DNA of 64,000 nucleotides from Candidatus Kaiserbacteria bacterium (GTDB lineage Bacteria; Patescibacteriota; Minisyncoccia; Phycocordibacterales; UBA918): NCBI GenBank assembly GCA_019634005.1, contig JAHQWD010000002.1, positions 128,747 to 192,746 of the forward strand, read 5' to 3'. Shown piece by piece: positions 53,319 to 61,531 of this stretch (position 1 is its first letter; each line of letters starts with the position of its first letter). The notes under the pieces were generated by a model. It saw only the letters and a program-made list of their open reading frames with translations, ran no database searches and was not told where the DNA came from. The position numbers and the translations under genes were made by a program.

Positions 53319-54755
53319 ATGTCTAAGTCTTTCTACCTCACCACTACACTACCGTATGTAAATGCGGATCCGCATATTGGTTTTGCCTATGAAATATTGC
53401 AAACGGATGCAGTTGCACGATACAAGAGACTCATGGGGAACGAGGTCTTTTTCAACACAGGTACCGATGAACACGGACAGAAAATTGCGCAGAAGGCAGA
53501 TGAGAAAGGGGAGGATCGACAGAAGTACGTAGATCACTATGCAAAGGAGTTTAATACACTCAAAGAGGGACTTAATCTCTCGTATGATAATTTCATCCGC
53601 ACGACTGATGAACACCACAAAAAGGCTGCGCAAGAACTATGGAAGCGATGTGAGGCGGCAGGAGATATATATAAAAAGAAATACTCTGGATTGTATTGTG
53701 TCGGATGTGAACTCTTCATAAAGGAGACAGACCTTGTTGATGGAGAGTGTCCAGATCATCCAGGGCAGAAGCCTCAGGAGATTGAAGAAGAAAACTATTT
53801 CTTTAAGCTTTCAAACTATCAGGAATACTTGGAGGAATACCTCAGCAGAGAAGGGGCGGTTCAGCCAGAATGGCGAAGAAAGGAAGCGCTCAATTTCGTA
53901 CAAAAAGGTCTCGAAGACTTCAGTATCTCACGTGAAAAGAGTCGTCTGGACTGGGGTGTCCCTGTTCCAGGAGATGAAGAGCAGGTGATGTATGTCTGGT
54001 TTGACGCGCTTACCAACTACATCTCTACGCTTGGGTGGCCAGAGGATAGAGGGGGGAACTACAAAAAGTTCTGGGAAGAAGGAGAAACGGTACAACTTGC
54101 GGGTAAGGACCAAGTGCGCTTCCAGTCCATTATGTGGCAAGCGATGCTGAAATCTGCTGGATTGCCAGCGACAGATACGGTGGTATATCATGGCTTTATT
54201 AACTCTGGTGGGCAGAAGATGAGTAAATCTATCGGAAATGTGATCAGTCCTTACGAACTTATTGAACTATACGGCACTGAGGCAACACGGTATCTCTTGC
54301 TTCGACACGTGCATCCGTTTGATGACACCGATATAACCATTGAGAAACTTGATGAGTGGTATACCGCTCACCTCGTAAATGGTCTTGGAAACCTTGTAGC
54401 ACGTGTCATGAAGATGGCAGAAACACATCTCGATGACCCTATTGAGCGTCCAGAAGCAATTGGTTTTGACCAGGACTATATTGATGCATTGGAGGGATTT
54501 AACCTTCAGGGTGCATGTGACATTGTCTGGAAGAAAATCGGAGATCTCGATGAACGAATTGCAGAAGAGCAACCGTTTAAGGTGATCAAAGAGGATGCAG
54601 AGAAAGGAAAGGAAATGATACAAGCATTGGTGCTTGATCTCTATATCATCGGACGTATGCTCTACCCGATTCTCCCTGAAGCCAATGTGACAATAAAGGA
54701 AGCGGTGATTGCGAATAAAAAGCCAGATAATTTGTTTGCACGGCTTGAAGAGTAG
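53319..54755 (+). CDS. metG: Methionine--tRNA ligase (short form, no C-terminal tRNA-binding domain)
   Basis: HIGH (PHIGFAY) and KMSKSIGN. Ends after the anticodon-binding domain. Confidence 0.9.
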   Translation: MSKSFYLTTTLPYVNADPHIGFAYEILQTDAVARYKRLMGNEVFFNTGTDEHGQKIAQKADEKGEDRQKYVDHYAKEFNTLKEGLNLSYDNFIRTTDEHHKKAAQELWKRCEAAGDIYKKKYSGLYCVGCELFIKETDLVDGECPDHPGQKPQEIEEENYFFKLSNYQEYLEEYLSREGAVQPEWRRKEALNFVQKGLEDFSISREKSRLDWGVPVPGDEEQVMYVWFDALTNYISTLGWPEDRGGNYKKFWEEGETVQLAGKDQVRFQSIMWQAMLKSAGLPATDTVVYHGFINSGGQKMSKSIGNVISPYELIELYGTEATRYLLLRHVHPFDDTDITIEKLDEWYTAHLVNGLGNLVARVMKMAETHLDDPIERPEAIGFDQDYIDALEGFNLQGACDIVWKKIGDLDERIAEEQPFKVIKEDAEKGKEMIQALVLDLYIIGRMLYPILPEANVTIKEAVIANKKPDNLFARLEE

Positions 54756-54891
54756 CCTATGAAGATTGGAAAAAATAAAATCACTTTTTCATTCCTCTGG
54801 TACGATTTCTGGGTAGGATGGTTTTATGATAGAGACAAACACATTCTTTATATTTGCCCGCTTCCTATGTGTGTGTTTAAAATAGAAAGAC

Positions 54892-55674
54892 ATGGAATAT
54901 AAATATATAGACACACACTCTCATATATATTTTGACGAATACAAGGAAGACCTCGATGAGGTGCTTACTCGGATGCGTGAGGAAGAGACGGGTACTATCG
55001 TTATCGGTACTAAGATTGATACATCAACAGATGCGGTTGCGTTTGCAAAAGCACACAGTGATGTAGTACTTGGTGCCACAATTGGTTTGCATCCAAATAG
55101 TGCAGATGAAGGCTTTGATCCCGAAGCATATGAACCCCTACTTAAGGAAGGGGTAGTTCTTGGTGTGGGGGAGTGTGGTCTCGATTTCTTTAGAAGCAAC
55201 CCGCTTGAGATATTTGAAAAACAACAAGAGGTATTTGAGGCACAGGTAGATTTTGCGCTTCAGCACGATCTCCCACTCATGCTCCATGTTCGCCCAAGTG
55301 CAGGAAGTGATGATGCACACGAGGAAGCGCTCAAGGTTCTTGAAACGAAGAAAGGCGTACGAGGGAACTGCCACTTCTTCACGGGCAGTCTTGCAATGGC
55401 GGAGCGGTACTGGGATCTAGGATTTACCACGGCATTTCCAGGGGTCATCACATTTGCAAAAGAACTGGAGGAGGTGGTGGAAAAGGCTCCACTTGATCTC
55501 ATTCTTGGAGAGACAGATTCACCGTATGCGACTCCCGTTCCATTCCGCGGAGAACGTAATGAGCCTGTTAGAGTAAAGGAGGTGTATAAGAAGATTGCAG
55601 AGATAAAGAATCTTGATGCAGAAGAAGTACGTGAAGTGCTCACACAAAACGCTGAAAGAGTGTTTGGGAGATAA
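54892..55674 (+). CDS. tatD: TatD-family metal-dependent DNase/hydrolase
   Basis: IDTHSHIYFDEY and conserved His/Asp/Glu ligands. Confidence 0.85.
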   Translation: MEYKYIDTHSHIYFDEYKEDLDEVLTRMREEETGTIVIGTKIDTSTDAVAFAKAHSDVVLGATIGLHPNSADEGFDPEAYEPLLKEGVVLGVGECGLDFFRSNPLEIFEKQQEVFEAQVDFALQHDLPLMLHVRPSAGSDDAHEEALKVLETKKGVRGNCHFFTGSLAMAERYWDLGFTTAFPGVITFAKELEEVVEKAPLDLILGETDSPYATPVPFRGERNEPVRVKEVYKKIAEIKNLDAEEVREVLTQNAERVFGR

Positions 55675-55731
55675 GCACAGGCATATATTGCACACGTATA
55701 CTAAACGGGTGTAGGGTAAGGGTAGGAGGGT

Positions 55732-56007
55732 ATGATCATGAAAGAAACTGATCCCTTTGTTGAATGCAAAACCAAGACGAATTACCCGGTTATCGTTCCT
55801 ATCGGCACAGATTGTCTCTGTAAACGAGGAAAAGGTCACATCGGTCGCCACATTGGTATCGGTTACGACGGGAAATACTTTTCCTGGAGATATGACGGCG
55901 CTTATGGATGTGTCCTGTCAGACGAAATCTCCAAAGAGGAGGCAGATCGTATCATTGAAGCTGACAAGGAAGAGGCAAACCAGGAGTTTGTACAAGTAGC
56001 AGAATAA
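55732..56007 (+). CDS. Hypothetical 91-aa protein
   Basis: ORF followed by a convergent hairpin at 56008-56033. Confidence 0.3.
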   Translation: MIMKETDPFVECKTKTNYPVIVPIGTDCLCKRGKGHIGRHIGIGYDGKYFSWRYDGAYGCVLSDEISKEEADRIIEADKEEANQEFVQVAE

Positions 56008-56039
56008 ATCCACGGCTGAAGGCGGCCGTGGATATTGTG

Positions 56040-56966
56040 CTAATCAAAAATAGAAATCAGGTATTCGTCGATTTTTCGCTGCTCCCAATCATAGAAATGT
56101 GCATCAGCACGACGGAGGTCTCGCGCAAGATCCTCTCCTACAAATCGCCAGTGCCACGGCTCATATATATAATACTGATTGTTTTCATCATAAGAAAGCA
56201 CAAATCCGTACTTATACGCGTTATCGACAAGCCATTCGAATGCTTCAGTGTTTCCGAAGCCGTTAAGTCCACCGCCAAGGCCTTCGGTAGTGAAATCTAC
56301 TGCAGTTCCCAATTGGTGCTCAGAATATCCTTGATCTGCAGAGAAGGTATTTGCACCAGATCCATAGGTTACGGTGTAGGCACTCTTAAGGTTTGCTTGT
56401 TCACCCCATGAGCGATATGCGGACACAATCCAGATTTTCACACCGTCGTCGAGTGCCTCCTCAAGCATGTCTTCAAGAAATGGTTCCACTTTCTTATGAA
56501 TCTGTTTTTCAAGATCCTCATTATAGAGCCACTCTTTATCTATATTTGAAAGAGAATCAGGGATGTAGTGCTCATTGAGGAAGTACACCTTTGAATATTT
56601 TTGAAGGAGCTCCTCGTCCGTTTTTGAGAGTTTATCCAGTACCCCAACAGTATCTGCGATATCTTCAATCTGATCCTCAAACTCTTCGTTCCGTGCCCGT
56701 TCTATAGAGAGTTCTCCCTGCAGTTGTTCTCGTTCTCCTGTGACGCTTGTGAGACTCTCAGTAGTGGTGGCAAGCACATGCTCAAGTTCAGAGATACGAG
56801 ATTCTGCTCGGGTTAACTTCTGGTCTAGGAAGTGCCATGCAATACCTCCAGCCACGAGAAGTACGATGATGAGTCCAAAAAGCGTATAGTGTGCGGTATC
56901 CATCTCTTTCTGCATATTCATGTAGAGGGATTGTACCATATGAGAGAGATTGAAAACCCCCATCAT
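56040..56966 (-). CDS. Membrane-anchored M15 (VanY-type) D-Ala-D-Ala carboxypeptidase-like
   Basis: SAYRSWGEQ…SEHQLGTAVDF is the VanY signature. N-terminal TM plus coiled coil. The start is probably a few codons in (M at 56921/56903). Confidence 0.65.
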   Translation of the reverse strand: MMGVFNLSHMVQSLYMNMQKEMDTAHYTLFGLIIVLLVAGGIAWHFLDQKLTRAESRISELEHVLATTTESLTSVTGEREQLQGELSIERARNEEFEDQIEDIADTVGVLDKLSKTDEELLQKYSKVYFLNEHYIPDSLSNIDKEWLYNEDLEKQIHKKVEPFLEDMLEEALDDGVKIWIVSAYRSWGEQANLKSAYTVTYGSGANTFSADQGYSEHQLGTAVDFTTEGLGGGLNGFGNTEAFEWLVDNAYKYGFVLSYDENNQYYIYEPWHWRFVGEDLARDLRRADAHFYDWEQRKIDEYLISIFD

Positions 56967-57009
56967 TCATGGTACCGTGATGGCACCTTTAACGGTAAAT
57001 AAACAATAC

Positions 57010-57501
57010 ATGGCAGAAAAAACAATGCCAGCAGCCGAGGCAGCTCAGTACGCTGATGAAAAAAACAGCTACGAGTTTGCCTTCCACGTACTTCCAACGG
57101 TTGCTGAAGGGGAAGTAGCCGGCGTATTTGAATCTCTCAAGGGACTCATTACCGCTGCAGGTGCTGAAATCTTTGATGAGGAGGCGCCTGAACATCTCGA
57201 TCTTGCCTACGATATCGAAAAAGATATCGAAGGTACCTATCGCAGATTCCACAGTGCATACTTCGGGTGGATTCGTTTCCGCACAGAAGGATCACTTCTT
57301 GAAACGCTTACAGAAGAGATTGAGGCTCGTCCTGAAATACTTCGACATCTCATCGTAAAACTTACGAAAGTAGAAGAAGCAAACCCATTCCGTTACCACG
57401 AGGCGCAGAAAGCGAACAAAAAGGTAACTGATGTAGAAGTAGAGGATTCTTCAGAAGAAAAAGATTCTGATGAAGTGTCTAAGGAAGAGGAGAAGGGGTA
57501 G
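57010..57501 (+). CDS. rpsF: 30S ribosomal protein S6 with an acidic C-terminal tail
   Basis: YEFAFHVLP…LDLAYDIEK…IRFRTEG aligns to S6. Start at ATG 57010 inside ORF 56950..57501. Confidence 0.75.
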   Translation: MAEKTMPAAEAAQYADEKNSYEFAFHVLPTVAEGEVAGVFESLKGLITAAGAEIFDEEAPEHLDLAYDIEKDIEGTYRRFHSAYFGWIRFRTEGSLLETLTEEIEARPEILRHLIVKLTKVEEANPFRYHEAQKANKKVTDVEVEDSSEEKDSDEVSKEEEKG

Positions 57502-57524
57502 GTATTAGATAACAAAAACGTTCT

Positions 57525-57956
57525 ATGTATCTTAATAAAGCAATGGTGTACGGAAATCTCACACGAGATCCAGAACTCCGTTCACTCCCAAGTGGCATCC
57601 AGGTGTGTTCATTCTCTCTTGCGACCAATCGTGTCTACAAAGACCGAGATGGAAACAAGCAGGAGCAGGCAGACTATCACAACGTTGTAGTCTTCGGTCG
57701 TCAGGCTGAGACCAGCGCACAGTATCTTAAGAAAGGGTCAGGAGCATTCGTTGAAGGACGCCTCCAGACTCGCAGTTGGGATAAAGATGGCGTAAAGCAG
57801 TATCGTACTGAGATTGTCGCAGATCGCGTACAGTTCGGACCACGTACTGAGGGAGGCTCTGCACCGCAGAATGACACCAAGCAGGATGCGCCAGATACAC
57901 AGAACGCACCAGAATATCCAGAGGAGGACATCAATCCAGAGGATATTCCATTCTAG
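57525..57956 (+). CDS. ssb: Single-stranded DNA-binding protein
   Basis: OB-fold N-terminus, Gly/Pro-rich linker, acidic C-terminal tip …EDIPF. Confidence 0.85.
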   Translation: MYLNKAMVYGNLTRDPELRSLPSGIQVCSFSLATNRVYKDRDGNKQEQADYHNVVVFGRQAETSAQYLKKGSGAFVEGRLQTRSWDKDGVKQYRTEIVADRVQFGPRTEGGSAPQNDTKQDAPDTQNAPEYPEEDINPEDIPF

Positions 57957-57965
57957 AGAATCAAT

Positions 57966-58157
57966 ATGGAGAATAAGAAACAAAACACACAGCATTTCGA
58001 CTACAAAGATGTAGACCGTCTCGTAGCGAATCTCAATCCTCACTCTCGTATGCACAGCCGCAAGCGTACACACCTTACGGCAAAGGAACAGCGAAACTTC
58101 GCTCAGGGAGTGAAACGAGCACGATTCATGGCACTGGTGCCATACGTCTCACACTAA
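57966..58157 (+). CDS. rpsR: 30S ribosomal protein S18
   Basis: FDYKDVDRL…RKRTHLTAKEQRNFAQGVKRARFMALVPY. Confidence 0.85.
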   Translation: MENKKQNTQHFDYKDVDRLVANLNPHSRMHSRKRTHLTAKEQRNFAQGVKRARFMALVPYVSH

Positions 58158-58162
58158 AAGAA

Positions 58163-58191
58163 AAACCCCGCAGTTGCGGGGTTTTTCTTTT
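58163..58191 (+). terminator. Rho-independent terminator after rpsR
   Basis: ccccgcagttgcgggg followed by tttttctttt. Confidence 0.65.
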
Positions 58192-58225
58192 AGTGCTAGG
58201 GTTATTTTAGGAAAGGAGAAAGACA

Positions 58226-58309
58226 GTGGAAAACAAACCAATCTTCCCAGACTTCATTCGTGCATATTTTTTGGGACTCATTTTGTTCGTTGTAGGCACA
58301 TTGTTGTAG
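58226..58309 (+). CDS. Micro-ORF 1 (27 aa, single TM): VENKPIFPDFIRAYFLGLILFVVGTLL
   Basis: GTG start 6 nt after AGGAGA. Not in the ORF track (below 60 aa). Confidence 0.35.
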   Translation: MENKPIFPDFIRAYFLGLILFVVGTLL

Positions 58310-58319
58310 GAGGAAGCAA

Positions 58320-58412
58320 ATGTGGGATAAAATCCCTCACAGGGCACAGGTGGGGATATTACTTGGCGCAATCGCCATTGTTGTTGCCCCAATCGTCTCA
58401 TTTTTGACATAG
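58320..58412 (+). CDS. Micro-ORF 2 (30 aa, single TM): MWDKIPHRAQVGILLGAIAIVVAPIVSFLT
   Basis: ATG 7 nt after AGGAGGAAG. Starts 10 nt after the micro-ORF 1 stop. Confidence 0.4.
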   Translation: MWDKIPHRAQVGILLGAIAIVVAPIVSFLT

Positions 58413-58421
58413 GAGGAAAAA

Positions 58422-58535
58422 ATGAAGAAAAGCAAAATGAGTTTGTTGGACAAAGGACTCGTTGCCGTGATCCTGCTTGCGGCAATCGCGGGAACGATAG
58501 TGCTTATTGCAGGCGTGATCGCCTTTGCCAACTAG
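58422..58535 (+). CDS. Micro-ORF 3 (37 aa, single TM): MKKSKMSLLDKGLVAVILLAAIAGTIVLIAGVIAFAN
   Basis: ATG 6 nt after AGGAGGAAAAA. Starts 9 nt after the micro-ORF 2 stop. Confidence 0.4.
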   Translation: MKKSKMSLLDKGLVAVILLAAIAGTIVLIAGVIAFAN

Positions 58536-58544
58536 TGATGTCCG

Positions 58545-58572
58545 CAACCCTGTAAAAGCCCGACACACTGTC
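58545..58572. terminator. Bidirectional rho-independent terminator, shared by the micro-ORF cluster (+) and efp (-)
   Basis: gcccgacacactgtcgggc flanked by aaaa and ttttcc. Confidence 0.6.
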
Positions 58573-58581
58573 GGGCTTTTC

Positions 58582-59157
58582 CTATGCTTTCTCAACGCGC
58601 TCTGCGTACGCTCCTTCTTCAGTGTTCACCCGTACCACATCTCCTTCGTTGATGAACATGGGTACTTGGATTGTGGCACCACTTTCAAGCTTTACTTCCT
58701 TGGTTGCTCCCGATGATGTGTTTCCTTTTACTGCAGGCGCGGCTTCGGTTACCTCAAGGTCTACTTTAATAGGGAGGGAAATACTCATGATCTCATCATT
58801 GAATGCGAGCGCTTCAACAAGGCTGTTCTCCTTAAGGAAAATTGCTTGGTCTCCAATAATGTCTTTCTCGAAACTAAAGCGATCGCGAGGATTGTCTGGC
58901 GTACAGAAAAAATACTCTCCACGATTCTCATACAGAAACTTCACCTCACGCTTCTCTATATCTGCTTCTTCAAGCGTATCAGACTGATGAAAGGTTCGGT
59001 CTACCACACCTCCCGTACGGAGGTTTTTCATTTTCACGTTGTTACTCGCTTTCTGTCGGTCTTTCTTCGAGAGGGCAGAAGAGAGCACAAGGTATGGATC
59101 TCCGTCCATGACGACTGCTTTCTTTGTGGTGATTTCGTTGTATTGTAGTTTTGCCAT
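58582..59157 (-). CDS. efp: Elongation factor P
   Basis: MAKLQYNEI…KMKNLRTGGV is the EF-P family N-terminus. 191 aa. Confidence 0.9.
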   Translation of the reverse strand: MAKLQYNEITTKKAVVMDGDPYLVLSSALSKKDRQKASNNVKMKNLRTGGVVDRTFHQSDTLEEADIEKREVKFLYENRGEYFFCTPDNPRDRFSFEKDIIGDQAIFLKENSLVEALAFNDEIMSISLPIKVDLEVTEAAPAVKGNTSSGATKEVKLESGATIQVPMFINEGDVVRVNTEEGAYAERVEKA

Positions 59158-59209
59158 AACCTTTTGTATTTCAGATTGGTATAGTAAGGTGAGGCAATCA
59201 TATCAAGAT

Positions 59210-59767
59210 ATGTTCGAGCCTACAACAGAGAAAACCGATGAAGAGATTCTTGTACGTGCTCAGGGAGAGCCGTGGCTCTTTGCGGTACTCCTTGAACGGT
59301 ATCAGGATGCCTTTCTCAGGAAAGCCGGAACGATCCTCTTTGATATTCGTGACGCAGAAGAAGTGGTGCAGGATGCGTTTACGAAGATATATCTCAATGC
59401 AGGACGGTTTGATAGACATGCAGGTTCATTCTCTTCGTGGGGGTACAAGATTCTCGTAAATACTGCGCTCACTCGGTACAACAAGTGTAAGCGAGAAGGG
59501 AAGCGAGTTATTACACTTGATCCAGAAATATGGGAGTATCTTGGAAAAGAAGAAAACCACTCTGGATTTGAAGAAGAGCGTGATGGCATTGAGCGTGTGC
59601 TTGAGAAAATGCCAACCCAGTTCGCACAGGTGCTTCGCCTCCATTATCTCGAACGGTGGCCTCAGAAGGATATTGCGAAAGAAATGGGGAAGAGCCCAGG
59701 AGCGGTAAAAGCACTCGTTCACCGAGCAAAAGAATCATTTAAGAAAAATGCCTATGACTACGAATAA
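59210..59767 (+). CDS. ECF-type RNA polymerase sigma factor (sigma-70 regions 2 and 4)
   Basis: Region 2 (AFLRKAGTIL…VQDAFTKIY) and region 4 HTH (LRLHYLERWPQKDIAKEMGKSPGAVKALVHRAK). Start at ATG 59210, which avoids overlap with efp. Confidence 0.75.
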   Translation: MFEPTTEKTDEEILVRAQGEPWLFAVLLERYQDAFLRKAGTILFDIRDAEEVVQDAFTKIYLNAGRFDRHAGSFSSWGYKILVNTALTRYNKCKREGKRVITLDPEIWEYLGKEENHSGFEEERDGIERVLEKMPTQFAQVLRLHYLERWPQKDIAKEMGKSPGAVKALVHRAKESFKKNAYDYE

Positions 59768-60074
59768 CATCCACAAGACCGTAATGAGAAGAGTGTACTA
59801 TGCGTATGCGTTAAGTCTGGTGACGCATGTGGCTTTTCTCTACGGCGTTCTTGTTTCAGTCCTTGCGTATAGCTTTACACGCTTTGTCTCACTGCCACAC
59901 GTATTTGAGAATATAAGTCAGGTACCAGTAGGGGAGGTATTCTCTTATGTCTATGATGCATTTGTCTCAACAGAATACTGGACACTCATCATACTGACAC
60001 TTTTTGTATTGGTAGCAATTTCACTTTATCGACGTATACAAAATGCGCCACACATACGTATGGCGCATTCGTAA
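59748..60074 (+). CDS. Small 2-TM membrane protein overlapping the sigma-factor stop by 20 nt. Candidate anti-sigma factor.
   Basis: 108-aa ORF. Assigned by position and TM topology only. Confidence 0.35.
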   Translation: MPMTTNNIHKTVMRRVYYAYALSLVTHVAFLYGVLVSVLAYSFTRFVSLPHVFENISQVPVGEVFSYVYDAFVSTEYWTLIILTLFVLVAISLYRRIQNAPHIRMAHS

Positions 60075-60086
60075 GGAAGTAAGAGT

Positions 60087-61154
60087 CTATTTCTCTTCCT
60101 TCAGCGCCTTCCGAACATTCTTAAGTAGTTCGTTCTGCACCTTCTTTTCTTCACGAAGTTTTGTACGTGCCGCATCATAGCCACGACCAAGCTTCACTTC
60201 GGTACTCTCGTCTCCTCCTGGAGGCGTGTATGTGTATGATGCACCAGACTTTTTAATAAATCCGTACTTCTCTCCAAGCGCAAGGAGTTCTCCTTCGCGG
60301 CTGATTCCTTCTCCGTAGATAAGGTCAAACTCTGTGGTGCGGAATGGGGCAGCCACCTTGTTTTTCACCACCTTCACACGATGTCGTCCTCCCACTACTT
60401 CGTCACCCTTCTTAATCTGTGCGATACGACGAATATCAAGACGTACAGAGCTGTAGAACTTGAGCGCCTTTCCACCTGGGGTGGTCTCTGGGTTTCCAAA
60501 CATCACGCCAACCTGCATACGAATTTGGTTAATGAAGATAACTACCGTCTTACTCTTGGCAACGATACCAGTGAGTTTTCGGAGTGCTTGGGACATCAGA
60601 CGTGCCTGCTTTCCAACATGGTGCGCTCCCATCTCTCCCTCAATTTCGTCTTTTGGTGTAAGGGCAGCAACAGAGTCTACAACAATGACATCCACTTTTC
60701 CGCTTCGTACAAGGGACTCCACGATTTCAAGCGCTTGTTCTCCAGTATTTGGCTGAGAGATGAGAAGGTCATCAAGTTTCACGCCAATATTTTTAGAATA
60801 CTCTGGGTCCATAGCATGTTCTGCATCGATAAACGCACAAACGCCTCCTGCTTTCTGTGCCTCTGCGACAGCGTGGAGTGAAAGGGTAGTCTTTCCAGAA
60901 GACTCTGGTCCGTAAATCTCCACGACACGTCCGCGGGGAAGTCCGCCGATGCCAAGTGCATCATCGAGTCCGATAGATCCAGTTGAGACTGCATCAATGT
61001 TCACCTTCTGGGTTTCACCGAGGGTCATAATGGCGTCATCGCCAAACTTGGTTTTGATGCTTCGCAGTGTCTCTGCAATAGTATTATCACCTTTCTCTTC
61101 TGGTTTTGTTGTCACCTTTTTCGTTGCTTTCTTCGTTCCTTTTTTCGCTGCCAT
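60087..61154 (-). CDS. recA: Recombinase A
   Basis: [17 protein letters not shown] Walker A and full-length RecA similarity. Confidence 0.95.
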   Translation of the reverse strand: MAAKKGTKKATKKVTTKPEEKGDNTIAETLRSIKTKFGDDAIMTLGETQKVNIDAVSTGSIGLDDALGIGGLPRGRVVEIYGPESSGKTTLSLHAVAEAQKAGGVCAFIDAEHAMDPEYSKNIGVKLDDLLISQPNTGEQALEIVESLVRSGKVDVIVVDSVAALTPKDEIEGEMGAHHVGKQARLMSQALRKLTGIVAKSKTVVIFINQIRMQVGVMFGNPETTPGGKALKFYSSVRLDIRRIAQIKKGDEVVGGRHRVKVVKNKVAAPFRTTEFDLIYGEGISREGELLALGEKYGFIKKSGASYTYTPPGGDESTEVKLGRGYDAARTKLREEKKVQNELLKNVRKALKEEK

Positions 61155-61157
61155 AAT

Positions 61158-61529
61158 TTATGAAGTTGGTTGGTAAATTAATTCTTTGGTGAGGGAGACC
61201 GTACGTCCATATCGATCTTTTGCTCTCAGGGTCATTATAGTATAGCCAGTGGGGAGCACCAAAGATTCTGCAAATGCTCCCTCGGCGTCCGTATTGATTT
61301 CCTTGCCGTTAAGCCGTATCTCTGTGATATTTTGCGCAGTACCTGCAATAGTGACCGTGCGATCTGCCTGAAGGGTTAGGGTTGGGCTCTCGAGAGAAAT
61401 AACTGGTCCTGCAAGGAAGAAGCGTGCTTGAAAGATTCCATACCAGAGAAGCGCTCCGCCGAGTACCACAACTCCCAACACTCTTACAATGAACGCTGCA
61501 TTTAGTTTGTGGAGTCGAAGCGGTGCCAT
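61158..61529 (-). CDS. Hypothetical membrane-anchored protein
   Basis: 123 aa with an N-terminal TM, between ftsK and recA. Confidence 0.4.
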   Translation of the reverse strand: MAPLRLHKLNAAFIVRVLGVVVLGGALLWYGIFQARFFLAGPVISLESPTLTLQADRTVTIAGTAQNITEIRLNGKEINTDAEGAFAESLVLPTGYTIMTLRAKDRYGRTVSLTKELIYQPTS

Positions 61530-61531
61530 GT

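Noticed and set aside
58207-58531. Minus-strand ORFs 58207..58485 and 58337..58531
   Set aside because: The plus strand carries three SD-preceded micro-ORFs in a terminator-delimited unit. The minus ORFs lack SDs and run into the efp terminator.
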